Below are positions 17,894 through 26,453 of a stretch of DNA of 62,803 nucleotides, one piece after another. The stretch spans positions 1 through 62,803 of the forward strand of contig DATLPI010000056.1 in the NCBI GenBank assembly GCA_035535815.1, given 5' to 3'. How positions within the stretch are numbered: position 1 is the first letter of the stretch; each line of letters starts with the position of its first letter. Made by a program: the position numbers and the translations under genes. The notes beneath the pieces are model-generated. The model saw only the letters and a program-made list of their open reading frames with translations, had not been told where the DNA came from and ran no database searches. Source of the stretch: Actinomycetota bacterium. GTDB lineage: Bacteria; Actinomycetota; UBA4738; HRBIN12.

Positions 17894-18989
17894 GCGGCTT
17901 GCCGACCTTCGTCTTCGTCGCCTGCACCACCTTCGTGGCGGCCTCGCGGAGGGCAACGCTCGCGGCGGCGTCGGGCTGGGCGATCACGATGGGCGTGCCG
18001 GTGTCGCCGCCCTCCCGCATGGCCGGCAACAGCGGCACCTGCGCCATCAGGGGGACGTCCAGGGTGTCGGCCGCTTCCTGACCGCCGCCCTCCCCGAAGA
18101 TCGGCTCGCGCTCCCCGCAATGCGGGCACACGAACCAACTCATGTTCTCGACCACGCCCAGGGGTCGCAGGTTCGTGCGCTCAGCCATCTTCCCGGCGCG
18201 TTCGGCCACCTTGCGAGCGGCCTCCTGGGGGGTGGTGACCACCAGCATCGAGGCGCCAGGCAGGAACGAGGCGAGCGAGATGCTCACATCCCCGGTCCCC
18301 GGCGGCAGGTCACACAGGAGGAAATCGAGGTCGCCCCAATAGACGTCGCCCAGGAACTGTTCGATCGCCTTGTGGAGCATGGGCCCGCGCCAGATGACCG
18401 GCGTCTCCTCGGGAACGAAGAATCCCATGGAGATCACCTTCACGCCGTGGCCCTCGAGCGGCAGGATCATGTCGTTGAACCCGACCGGCTTCCCGCTGAC
18501 GCCCAGCATGCGTGGGACGCTGAACCCCCAGACGTCGGCGTCCAGGATGCCGACCTTCTTGCCCTCGGCGGCGAGCGCCGCGGCGATGTTGACGGTCACG
18601 CTGGACTTGCCCACACCGCCCTTGCCCGAAGCGATGGCGATCACCGACGTCGAATCCGGGAACCCGATCGTCTTGGGAGCGGGCGCCGCGCCGGCGGCGC
18701 TCGAGCCTCCTCGGAGCTGCTGCACCAAGGCCTCACGCTGGCCCTGGTCCATCGGGGTGAGACGGACATCGACGCGCTCGACCCCTTCGACGGGCTGGAC
18801 GGCGGCGGTGACGTCCTGCGTGATGCGGTCCTTCAGGGGACAGCCTTCGATCGTGAGCAGGACGTGCACGCGCACGGTCCCGCCCTCGATCTCGATGTCT
18901 TGCAACATGCCGATGTCCTCGATCGGCCGGCCGATCTCGGGATCGAGCACCTGGCGGAGAGCTTGTCGGACCTGGTCCTGCGTGGCCAC
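17865..18989 (-). CDS. mrp: Mrp/ApbC/NBP35-type Fe-S cluster carrier ATPase with N-terminal DUF59 domain
   Basis: 374 aa. The DUF59 domain reads VLDPEIGRPIEDIGML..TIEGCPL. The deviant Walker A is IAIASGKGGVGKSS, and the CPHC motif is present. Confidence 0.9.
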   Translation of the reverse strand: MATQDQVRQALRQVLDPEIGRPIEDIGMLQDIEIEGGTVRVHVLLTIEGCPLKDRITQDVTAAVQPVEGVERVDVRLTPMDQGQREALVQQLRGGSSAAGAAPAPKTIGFPDSTSVIAIASGKGGVGKSSVTVNIAAALAAEGKKVGILDADVWGFSVPRMLGVSGKPVGFNDMILPLEGHGVKVISMGFFVPEETPVIWRGPMLHKAIEQFLGDVYWGDLDFLLCDLPPGTGDVSISLASFLPGASMLVVTTPQEAARKVAERAGKMAERTNLRPLGVVENMSWFVCPHCGEREPIFGEGGGQEAADTLDVPLMAQVPLLPAMREGGDTGTPIVIAQPDAAASVALREAATKVVQATKTKVGKPLTLMTSPAR

Positions 18990-19096
18990 GAGCAGGTTCC
19001 TTTCGGCGTGAGCCCGGCGTCGCGGGCCCTAAGATGGGTCTCGGCTCGTTTGACACGGTGCTGACCGTGGAAATCCAGTCTACGACGGGAGACGAG

Positions 19097-19777
19097 ATGG
19101 CCGAACCCGCACCGATCGAGGTGCACAAGGCGCTCGCCGACGACACGCGCTACCGGCTCCACCGGTACCTGCGCCTGTCCGGCAGACCGGTGTCCGTGCG
19201 CGAGCTCGCCGTCCGCCTGTCCCTACATCCCAACACGGTGCGCCCGCACCTGCGGCGCCTCGAGGACGCCGGTCTGGTCGCGAGTGAGGTCCAGCGGGGA
19301 TCCACCTCGGTGGGCCGGCCTCAGACGGTCTACACCGCTGTGGATCGCGAGGGCCGCGAGGGCCGTGATTACCGGCTGCTTGCCGACATCCTGGCGGGAC
19401 TGCTGACCGGTTCACGCCAACGCGAGCGAGCCGAGGAACTCGCACGGGAATGGGGCGCCTACCTGGTGGGCCGGAGCGTGCAGAAGCCGGGGGGCCGGCG
19501 CCCCTCGGGGCCCAACCTCGCCGTGCTGCAGGAAGCGCTGGCCGATGCCGGGTTCGAGCCGCGGTTCCGTCGCCGCAGCGCCAGGACCGTCGAGATCACG
19601 TTGCGCGAGTGCCCGTTCCGAGACCTGCTGGAGGAACATCGCCAGCTCGTGTGTGCCGTCCATCGAGGTCTGCTCGAGGGCATGCTGGGTGCTTCCCGGC
19701 CCCCGATGGAGCTCGTGAGCTTCGAGCCCATGGCCGAACGGTCCTCGGTCTGCCGCACGGTGGCTCGCGGCGCCTGA
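19097..19777 (+). CDS. ArsR-type winged-helix transcriptional regulator with a Cys-containing C-terminal domain (SufR-like architecture)
   Basis: The N-terminus KALADDTRYRLHRYLRLSGRPVSVRELAVRLSLHPNTVRPHLRRLEDAGLV is an ArsR HTH. The C-terminal region carries three Cys (ECPF, VCAVH, VCRT). Trimmed to ATG 19097. Confidence 0.7.
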   Translation: MAEPAPIEVHKALADDTRYRLHRYLRLSGRPVSVRELAVRLSLHPNTVRPHLRRLEDAGLVASEVQRGSTSVGRPQTVYTAVDREGREGRDYRLLADILAGLLTGSRQRERAEELAREWGAYLVGRSVQKPGGRRPSGPNLAVLQEALADAGFEPRFRRRSARTVEITLRECPFRDLLEEHRQLVCAVHRGLLEGMLGASRPPMELVSFEPMAERSSVCRTVARGA

Positions 19778-19922
19778 AGAACGCGACTACGTACGTACCG
19801 CGGCAACAACCTGCGTACGGAGACTGAAGTCCCGGCGTCCACGGTCCGATGGTGTAGCGACAGACGTGAGCGGACGAGCGCTCGCGATGTGGAGAACGAC
19901 GGACGCGTTTCGGAGGAGATCG

Positions 19923-21044
19923 ATGGAGGGCACGGCCACCACGTCATCGGACGGCACACCCATCGTGCCGGAGTTCAACGGTTGGCTCGAAGAGCTCGTC
20001 GCCGGTGAGGGCTCCGACCTGCACGTCAAGGTGGGGTCGGCGCCGATGATCCGCCTGCCCAAGGGCTTGTCGCGGCTCGACCGCGACCCGCTCACCGGGA
20101 TCGAGACCCAGGCGATCGCCGACGGGATCATCCCCGAGGACCGCAAGCAGAAGTTCAACGACACGGGCGAGGTGGACTTCGCCTATTCGATCCCCAACGT
20201 CGGCCGGTTCCGCGTCAACGTCTTCCGTCAGCGCAACTCGATCAGCATGGTGCTGCGGAAGCTCCGATTCGGCGGGCCCTCGTTCGAAGAGATCGGGTTG
20301 CCCGACGCCGTCCGTACGATCGCCGACGAGCACCGCGGACTCATCCTGGTGACCGGCCCCACGGGTTCGGGCAAGACGACGACGCTCGCGGCCATGATCG
20401 ACTACATCAACAAGACCAAGCCCGTGCACATCGTGACCGTCGAGGACCCGATCGAAGTCCTCCACCGCGACGAGATGGCGTCGATCAACCAGCGAGAGAT
20501 CGGCAACGACACGATGGACTTCCTCGTCGCCCTGCGCGCGGCCCTCCGCCAGGACCCCGATGTGATCCTGATCGGTGAGATGCGTGACACCGAGACCGTG
20601 CGCGCCGCGATCCAGGCCGCGGAGACCGGCCACCTGGTGATGTCGACCCTGCACACGGTCGATGCCACCGAGACCGTGAACCGCGTCATCGACTTCTTCC
20701 CGCCCTACCAGCAGAAGCAGGTTCGCCTGGCCCTGGCCGGCACCTTGCGCGGCATCATCTGCCAGCGCCTCGTGCCGACCGTCGACGGCGGACGCACCCC
20801 TGGGCTGGAGATCCTCATCAACAACGGCCGCGTCTCCGAGCGGATCGCGGATCCTGAGAAGACCCACGAGATCAAGGACGTGATCCAGGACGGCGCCTAC
20901 TACGGCATGGCGACGTTCGATCAGTCGCTGCTGAAGCTGGTGCAGGACGGCAGGGTCACCGTGGAGGATGCGTTCGCCGCGGTGTCCAACCGCCACGACT
21001 TCGAGCTGGCGATGCAGCAAGCCGGCATGGCGTTGCCCGTCTGA
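19923..21044 (+). CDS. pilT: PilT-family type IV pilus retraction (twitching motility) ATPase
   Basis: Contains GSDLHVKVGSAPMIR, Walker A GPTGSGKTTT, IVTVEDPIE, LRQDPDVILIGEMRD and TGHLVMSTLHT. Trimmed to ATG 19923. Confidence 0.9.
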   Translation: MEGTATTSSDGTPIVPEFNGWLEELVAGEGSDLHVKVGSAPMIRLPKGLSRLDRDPLTGIETQAIADGIIPEDRKQKFNDTGEVDFAYSIPNVGRFRVNVFRQRNSISMVLRKLRFGGPSFEEIGLPDAVRTIADEHRGLILVTGPTGSGKTTTLAAMIDYINKTKPVHIVTVEDPIEVLHRDEMASINQREIGNDTMDFLVALRAALRQDPDVILIGEMRDTETVRAAIQAAETGHLVMSTLHTVDATETVNRVIDFFPPYQQKQVRLALAGTLRGIICQRLVPTVDGGRTPGLEILINNGRVSERIADPEKTHEIKDVIQDGAYYGMATFDQSLLKLVQDGRVTVEDAFAAVSNRHDFELAMQQAGMALPV

Positions 21045-21052
21045 GCCGCGGC

Positions 21053-21868
21053 TCACCCCAGATCGATCGACGGCGTCACCGTCTCGGCGAGGGCGATCGC
21101 CTCCGCCCGGGGCAACGCAGTCTCGAGCCGGAACGTGTACCCGGCGTCCTGCCAGATCAGGACGTTGCCGGTCACCAGCACGCGGCGCGACTCGCGACCG
21201 CTCACCAAGGTCAGGGAGTGCGGGCCCGTCGTCCAAAAGGCGGGTCGGCCCTCGACGATGGCATCGCCGTAGCGGTCGGTCTCGGCGAACACCTGCTTGG
21301 CGGCGACCTCCCACTCGCCCTCGAACTGCATCAACAGCGCTCCCGTGTTCGTTCCGTCGATAACGGGGAGCTCCTGGGTGGGCTCCCACGCCGAGACGAT
21401 GCGCTTGGCGACCTCTCCGGACTCCAGGTCGACCTCGGTCTCGTCGACCCAGAGCCGAGCGGGTGGCCCGAGAGCATCCGGGAGCGCCGGAGTGAACCCA
21501 ACCACACGCGTGGCCTGCGCGAGTGAGACCTCGCGTCCGAGGTCGGCGTCGGTGACGACGTTCGACGGCAACGATGTGGCCGGGCCGTCGACGATCTCGA
21601 TCCCGATCGCGCCCAGGTGGAATACGAGCCGTGCGGCGAGCGCGACGCCCGCCAGCGCCAGCACGGCCGCGACCACCAGGATGAGGGTCCGGCGCCGGCT
21701 CGGCAGCGACAGCCGCGTCGCGACGAGCGAGGGCTCGGCTTGCTCCTCGCGGATCGTCGCCACGACCGTCGCGGCGACGTCGGGCGTGTTCGGCCACGCC
21801 AGGTCGCCGGCGAGCGTGGTGAGCGCGCGGCCCAGTTCCTCGTCGGTCATCGTGCGGAGATCGCTCAT
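21053..21868 (-). CDS. Membrane-anchored protein downstream of an ECF sigma factor (putative anti-sigma/associated factor)
   Basis: 271 aa. ATGA overlap with the sigma gene at 21865-21868. It has a short cytoplasmic N-terminus, one TM helix (TLILVVAAVLALAGVALAARLVF) and a ~170-aa extracytoplasmic domain. Confidence 0.55.
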   Translation of the reverse strand: MSDLRTMTDEELGRALTTLAGDLAWPNTPDVAATVVATIREEQAEPSLVATRLSLPSRRRTLILVVAAVLALAGVALAARLVFHLGAIGIEIVDGPATSLPSNVVTDADLGREVSLAQATRVVGFTPALPDALGPPARLWVDETEVDLESGEVAKRIVSAWEPTQELPVIDGTNTGALLMQFEGEWEVAAKQVFAETDRYGDAIVEGRPAFWTTGPHSLTLVSGRESRRVLVTGNVLIWQDAGYTFRLETALPRAEAIALAETVTPSIDLG

Positions 21869-22464
21869 CGTGTCTCCTCGCCGGCTCGGTCCGGCATCCG
21901 TTGGGCCAGTTCGGTCCGGAGCCGGACCATCGCGCGCGAAAGGCGCGACTTCACGGTCCCGGGCCGCACCCCGAGCGCGTCGGCGGTCTCGGTTTCGGTC
22001 ATCTCGAACAGGTAGCGGTAGGCGATCACCAGGCGGTCGCGCTCCGGCAGCCGTTCGAGGGCCGCCGTGAGCGTCTCGGCGTCATCGCGGGCGAGCGCGA
22101 CGCCCTCCGGGGATGGGCTTTCGCTCGGGTGGTCGGAGGCCGCAACCCGCAGGGTCAAGCGGTCGTGCCGCCGGCTCGATCGTCCGCGGTTCCGCGCTTC
22201 GTTGGCGACGATCCGCAGGAGCCAGGGCCGGAAGGGCGCCCCGGAGCGGAATCGCGGCAAGGCGTAGTACGCCTTCACGAACGCGTCCTGCACCGCATCC
22301 TCCGCTTCGCCCCGATGACGCACCACGAGCCAGGCGACGCGGAAGGCAAGGGCCTGGTACCGCGTCACCAACTCCTCGTACGCGGCGACGTCGCCGTCGC
22401 GTGCGCGTGCGGTGAGCTCGGCGTCCTCCGATGGTCTGCCCGCTGGCGGGCGCTGTTCCGTCAC
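21865..22464 (-). CDS. ECF (group 4) sigma-70 family RNA polymerase sigma factor
   Basis: Region 2 reads AYEELVTRYQALAFRVAWLVV..AEDAVQDAFVKAY. Region 4 reads LPERDRLVIAYRYLFEMTETETADALGVRPGTVKSRLSRA. The start is ambiguous (GTG 22464, 22482 or 22485). The 392-aa track ORF is over-extended into the SPFH gene. Confidence 0.88.
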   Translation of the reverse strand: MTEQRPPAGRPSEDAELTARARDGDVAAYEELVTRYQALAFRVAWLVVRHRGEAEDAVQDAFVKAYYALPRFRSGAPFRPWLLRIVANEARNRGRSSRRHDRLTLRVAASDHPSESPSPEGVALARDDAETLTAALERLPERDRLVIAYRYLFEMTETETADALGVRPGTVKSRLSRAMVRLRTELAQRMPDRAGEETR

Positions 22465-22577
22465 CGTTCGACCGTCATACACCACGGAGGGCGCCGGGGT
22501 TCCACGATGCGCGGAGGGCGCCGACGTGGTGGGCGCCCACCGATGGTTCAGTGAGACCGTGGTGAGCTCGGCGGTGC

Positions 22578-23501
22578 TTAGCGGCTCGACCCCCCGCCTG
22601 TGGGCGCCGCGGCCTCGGCGATGGCGGCGATACCCGCCGCCAGGCCCGACAGCTCCATGGGGACCACGACCTTCGATGAGGATGAGGACCCGATCGACTT
22701 CAAGGCCTCCAGGTACTGGAGCTGCATCGTCTTGAGGTCGGCGATGCTGGCCGATTCGTTGATCGACCGGATCGCGAGCGCGAAACCCTCCGCCCGCAGG
22801 ATCGCGGCCTGCCGTTCCCCTTCGGCCGTGAGGATGTTCGACTGCTTCGACCCCTCGGCGTTGAGGATCGCGGCCTCCTTGTTGCCCTCTGCCACCGTGA
22901 TCGCGGCCGCTTTGGCTCCGTCGGCTTCGGTGACCACGGCACGACGGGTGCGTTCGGCAGACATCTGACGCGTCATGGCCTCCTGCACCGCGGCGGGCGG
23001 GATGATCTCGCGGATCTCGACATTGGTGACCTTCACGCCCCACCGTTCGGTGACCTCGTCGAGCTTGAGACGCAGCAGCGTGTTGATCTCGTCGCGCTTG
23101 GCCAGCATGTCGTCGAGCGGGATGTCACCGATCACGGCACGCAGCGTGGTCGAGGCGATGTTGAGGGCCGCGCCGGCGAAGTTGCCGACCTGCACGACCG
23201 AGGTCTGCGCGTCCATCACCTTGTAGAACATGACGAAGTCCACGGCGATCGGCGCGTTGTCCTTGGTGATCGAGTCCTGCCTCGGGATCTCCAGGTAGAA
23301 CTCCCGGAGGTCGACGACCGTCGCCTTGTCCACGAACGGGATCAGCAGGACGAGGCCCGGGCCCTTCTGGCCCACCAACCGCCCCAGCCGGAACACGACC
23401 AATCGTTGGAACTCGGGCACGACCTTGATCGCTTTGGCTATGAACACGATCACCAGCAGCAGGATCACGATCGCGCCGATGAGCGCGATGTTGACGTCCA
23501 T
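22578..23501 (-). CDS. SPFH/Band 7 (stomatin/prohibitin-like) membrane protein
   Basis: 307 aa with an N-terminal TM helix. Motifs are EFQRLVVFRLGR, ITKDNAPIAVDFVMFYKV and RWGVKVTNVEIREI, with an Ala/Glu-rich coiled-coil tail. Confidence 0.9.
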   Translation of the reverse strand: MDVNIALIGAIVILLLVIVFIAKAIKVVPEFQRLVVFRLGRLVGQKGPGLVLLIPFVDKATVVDLREFYLEIPRQDSITKDNAPIAVDFVMFYKVMDAQTSVVQVGNFAGAALNIASTTLRAVIGDIPLDDMLAKRDEINTLLRLKLDEVTERWGVKVTNVEIREIIPPAAVQEAMTRQMSAERTRRAVVTEADGAKAAAITVAEGNKEAAILNAEGSKQSNILTAEGERQAAILRAEGFALAIRSINESASIADLKTMQLQYLEALKSIGSSSSSKVVVPMELSGLAAGIAAIAEAAAPTGGGSSR

Positions 23502-24877
23502 CAGGTGTTCCTCCCTCCTTCGGCCGGCGCCGTGCCGGCCGTCGCGCCCTCATCGTTCGCGGCATCAACGGTGAGCGCGAGACCGTCGAGCCGGGTGACC
23601 ACGACGCGCGCTCCGGCGGGAAGGGAGCTCCCGTCGGACGTGGTGGCCTTCCATTCCTCGGATGCCACGCGCACGATCCCCTTGGGGTCGAGGCCTCGCC
23701 CGATGACGACGCCTTCCTTGCCCACCACCACTTCGGGCCCTTGGGCGGGCGCCATGTGACGCATCTTCAGCACCTTGGTCAGCACCAGGAAGAAGAACGC
23801 ACCGACGAAGATGGCGACGGTGGCGATCACCGCGGGCGATACCGAGACACCTTGGGAACGGTCGTAGAGGAACCACCCACCGAGCACGAGGCACGCGAGT
23901 CCGGCGAACCCCCAGATGCCGAAACCGGGAGCGTGGAGCTCCACGATCATCAACACGACCGCGGCGATCAAGAGCGCGATCCCGACCAGCTCCACGGGCA
24001 GGAGGCCGAACGAGACGACGGACAGGATCAACAGGATCGTGCCGATCGTGCCGGAGAACACGTGGCCCGGCACCAGGAGCTCGAGCACGACCAAGGCCAG
24101 TCCGACCCAGAAGAAGATGAAGGCGAGGTTGGGGTCGAGCAGGGAGTGCAGGAACCCGATGAACCCGCCCATGGGCTCGTCCTCCAGCACCCACCCCTGC
24201 GTGTCCAGCGTGGTGGTGGTGCCGTCGCCGAGTCTTACCTGCCGGCCGTCGATGTCGACGAGGAGCTGTTCGGCGGTGGGGGCGATGACATCGATCACGT
24301 CGGCGGACAACGCTGCCTCGGCCGTGATGCTGTCGGCCGATCGCACGAACGACTCGGCCATGTCGGCGTTCCGTCCGTACGTCTCGGCGAGGCTCCTGAT
24401 GTAGGCGGCCGCATCGTTCACGGCCTTGTCCGACCCGATCGCACCGCTGAGGCCGACGGGGGTGGCGGCACCGACGTTCGTGCCGGGAGCCATGGCGGCG
24501 ACGGGGCAGGACAACAGCACGAACGCCCCGGCCGAGGCGGCCCGAGCCCCTTGCGGTGAGACGTAGCAGATCACCGGCACCTTCGAGTTCAAGATCGCCT
24601 GGGTGATCTGGCGCATGGAGGAGTCGAGGCCTCCGGGGGTGTCGATCTCGATCATCACCGCGGGGGCCGGATCGTCACCGTTGGCCACCTCGATCCCGTG
24701 CTCGATGTAGTCGGCCAGGAAGGGGTCGACGACGCCGTCCAGATCCAGCACCGGGACCTGTTCGGCCGATCCCTCCTGCGCGCCGGCGGTCCCCGCGAGC
24801 ACGCATGCGCCGGTCACGGCGATCAGGATCGCCGTGACCATCTGCCGCCCAGTTCGTCTCGCGTTTCGCATGAACAT
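23501..24877 (-). CDS. NfeD-family membrane-bound ClpP-class serine protease
   Basis: A signal/anchor is followed by a ClpP-like domain (IDTPGGLDSSMRQI, ARAASAGAF), 4-5 TM helices and a C-terminal NfeD OB domain (WKATTSDGSSLPAGARVVVTRLDGLALTV). The start is ATG 24877, 24871 or 24895. There is a 1-nt TGATG overlap with the SPFH gene. Confidence 0.88.
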   Translation of the reverse strand: MFMRNARRTGRQMVTAILIAVTGACVLAGTAGAQEGSAEQVPVLDLDGVVDPFLADYIEHGIEVANGDDPAPAVMIEIDTPGGLDSSMRQITQAILNSKVPVICYVSPQGARAASAGAFVLLSCPVAAMAPGTNVGAATPVGLSGAIGSDKAVNDAAAYIRSLAETYGRNADMAESFVRSADSITAEAALSADVIDVIAPTAEQLLVDIDGRQVRLGDGTTTTLDTQGWVLEDEPMGGFIGFLHSLLDPNLAFIFFWVGLALVVLELLVPGHVFSGTIGTILLILSVVSFGLLPVELVGIALLIAAVVLMIVELHAPGFGIWGFAGLACLVLGGWFLYDRSQGVSVSPAVIATVAIFVGAFFFLVLTKVLKMRHMAPAQGPEVVVGKEGVVIGRGLDPKGIVRVASEEWKATTSDGSSLPAGARVVVTRLDGLALTVDAANDEGATAGTAPAEGGRNT

Positions 24878-24881
24878 AACC

Positions 24882-24915
24882 TTGGTTCGCCACATGTGGA
24901 GAGTTGGTTCGAACC
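24882..24915. promoter_or_regulatory. Cluster of symmetric elements at the NfeD 5' end: TTGGTTCG direct repeat (x2, 22-bp spacing), palindromes CCACATGTGG and GGTTCGAACC
   Basis: Read directly: TTGGTTCG at 24882-24889 and 24904-24911, CCACATGTGG at 24890-24899, and GGTTCGAACC at 24906-24915. The cluster lies between the divergent NfeD operon and the ECF sigma gene. A regulatory role is inferred. Confidence 0.25.
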
Positions 24916-25043
24916 GAGCGTAATCGGGCCGCGAAGGCTGTGCAGAGGTTCCGGCCTGGTCGATAATCGATCGGGCGTGTCGCAGGGCGTGCAAGCCCGC
25001 AAGCCTCGACCAGCGCGAGCTCCGTATATCGAAGGGACACCGG

Positions 25044-25616
25044 GTGCAGGCTCGGAACGACGGTCCACTCCTCCCACGAGAGGAACAGCAACTGATGGAA
25101 GGGCTCCTCGCCGGCAACGACGACGCCATCCGCACGCTGTATTCGCGGTTCGGTCGTCCCGTCTACTCGTTGGGCCTTCGCCTGCTCGGAACCCGGGAGT
25201 CCGCCGAGGAACTCACCCAGGACGTCTTCCTCACCGCGTGGCGGAAAGCGGCGCGATTCGATCCGGCGCGTGGACGCCTGTCCACCTGGTTGATGACGAT
25301 CGCGCACAACCTCGCCGTCGACCGGCTCCGGCGCGAGACCGGCGTATCGCGTCCGACCCTCGTCCTCGTCGATGAGGTGCCGGACGCCCCGGGCCTGGAT
25401 GAAGAGGCTGTCCTGATCGAACGCGACTCGGCGCTGCGAGCGTTGGAGTCCCTCTCACCGGCCGAGCGCCTGCTCGTGGGCCGGGCCTACTTCCGTGGGC
25501 AGACCGCCCGCGAGATCGCTGAGGCCGACGGCATCCCCCTCGGCACGGTCAAGACCCGGCTCCGCTCGGCGATGATCAAGGTGCGCAAGGCCAACGAGGG
25601 CAAGGACCTGCTGTGA
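25044..25616 (+). CDS. ECF sigma-70 family RNA polymerase sigma factor
   Basis: 190 aa with AEELTQDVFLTAW, TWLMTIAHNLAVDRLRR and LSPAERLLVGRAYFRGQTAREIAEADGIPLGTVKTRLRSA. Confidence 0.9.
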   Translation: MQARNDGPLLPREEQQLMEGLLAGNDDAIRTLYSRFGRPVYSLGLRLLGTRESAEELTQDVFLTAWRKAARFDPARGRLSTWLMTIAHNLAVDRLRRETGVSRPTLVLVDEVPDAPGLDEEAVLIERDSALRALESLSPAERLLVGRAYFRGQTAREIAEADGIPLGTVKTRLRSAMIKVRKANEGKDLL

Positions 25617-26407
25617 ACTGCGTCACCGTACGGGATGGTTTGACCGAGCGTGCGCTCGGCACCCTGCCCGCTCGCGAGCGCGCGAGCATCGACCGGCATC
25701 TGGTGTGGTGCGCGGCTTGCCGGAAGGAAGCCGCCGAGATGGAGAGCGCGGCGGCCGTCTTCGCGTTCGGTGTCGACCAGACCGAACCCGACACCGCGCT
25801 GGAAGCTTCGGTCGTCGCCGCGTTCCATCACGCGTCGGCGCGGCGCACCCCACACACGGCTCCGCGCCGAGGCCGCCTCGCGGTGGTCGCGGTCCTCGCC
25901 GCCATGCTCGCCGTGAGCGGCCTGGGCTGGGGCGCCGTGATGGCCGGCAGAGCCGCACGTTCGGATGAGGCGGCACTGGTCACCACGCTGCGCCAACAGA
26001 GCGCCGCCGAGAAGTTCTCCCGGATCTTGTCCACTGCCGAGTTCGCCGGGGAGGGTGAGGTGTTCCTCGGTACCCTCGGGCCATCGACCGAAGGCGGAGG
26101 TGGCGGCAGCGCGCTCACCCTGGTCTCGCCCACGATCACGGACATGGCCGTCGTGCTGGTCAACGGCGTGCCGCCGGCGGAACGCAAACACGTGCCGTTC
26201 ACCGTGTGGCTCCGTGGTCCAGACGGCGCGTCGATGGCGGCTGGCCGGATCGACGAGCTCGACGCCGCCGGGGCCGGGATCATGTGGGAGAACATCGACC
26301 GCGACCTCGGCGTGTTCGACCGCGTCGTCGTGCGCGACGCAGATGGTCACGCCGTGATGCGCGGGATCATCGCCACCCGTGCTCCGGTGTCCTCACCGAG
26401 TCCCTGA
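25613..26407 (+). CDS. Zinc-binding (ZAS-type) anti-sigma factor with one TM helix
   Basis: GTGA overlap with the sigma gene. The H-x3-C-x2-C motif HLVWCAAC is present, with TM helix LAVVAVLAAMLAVSGLGWGAV and an extracytoplasmic C-terminal domain. Confidence 0.8.
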   Translation: MNCVTVRDGLTERALGTLPARERASIDRHLVWCAACRKEAAEMESAAAVFAFGVDQTEPDTALEASVVAAFHHASARRTPHTAPRRGRLAVVAVLAAMLAVSGLGWGAVMAGRAARSDEAALVTTLRQQSAAEKFSRILSTAEFAGEGEVFLGTLGPSTEGGGGGSALTLVSPTITDMAVVLVNGVPPAERKHVPFTVWLRGPDGASMAAGRIDELDAAGAGIMWENIDRDLGVFDRVVVRDADGHAVMRGIIATRAPVSSPSP

Positions 26408-26453
26408 CCGCTCGGCGACGGCGTCCCGTGCGCCGATTGGTATCCTCGTGCAC

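Noticed and set aside
19923-21044. pilT considered as a marker of a type IV pilus, competence or secretion gene cluster.
   Set aside because: No pilB, pilC, pilM-Q, pilin or prepilin peptidase genes occur within the window. The neighbours are an ArsR-type regulator and an ECF sigma unit. It is treated as an orphan ATPase.
19944-21797. 617-aa minus-strand ORF.
   Set aside because: It is antisense to pilT (Walker A and PilT motifs on the plus strand) and out of frame with the real minus-strand anti-sigma-like gene. Its composition is Arg/Gly-rich.
22499-22503. GGAAC (minus strand) considered as the -35 of an autoregulated ECF promoter upstream of the sigma gene at 21865-22464.
   Set aside because: The candidate -10 would fall within 15-20 nt of the possible start codons (22464-22485), and no CGT-type -10 motif is present at the right spacing. 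The evidence is too weak.
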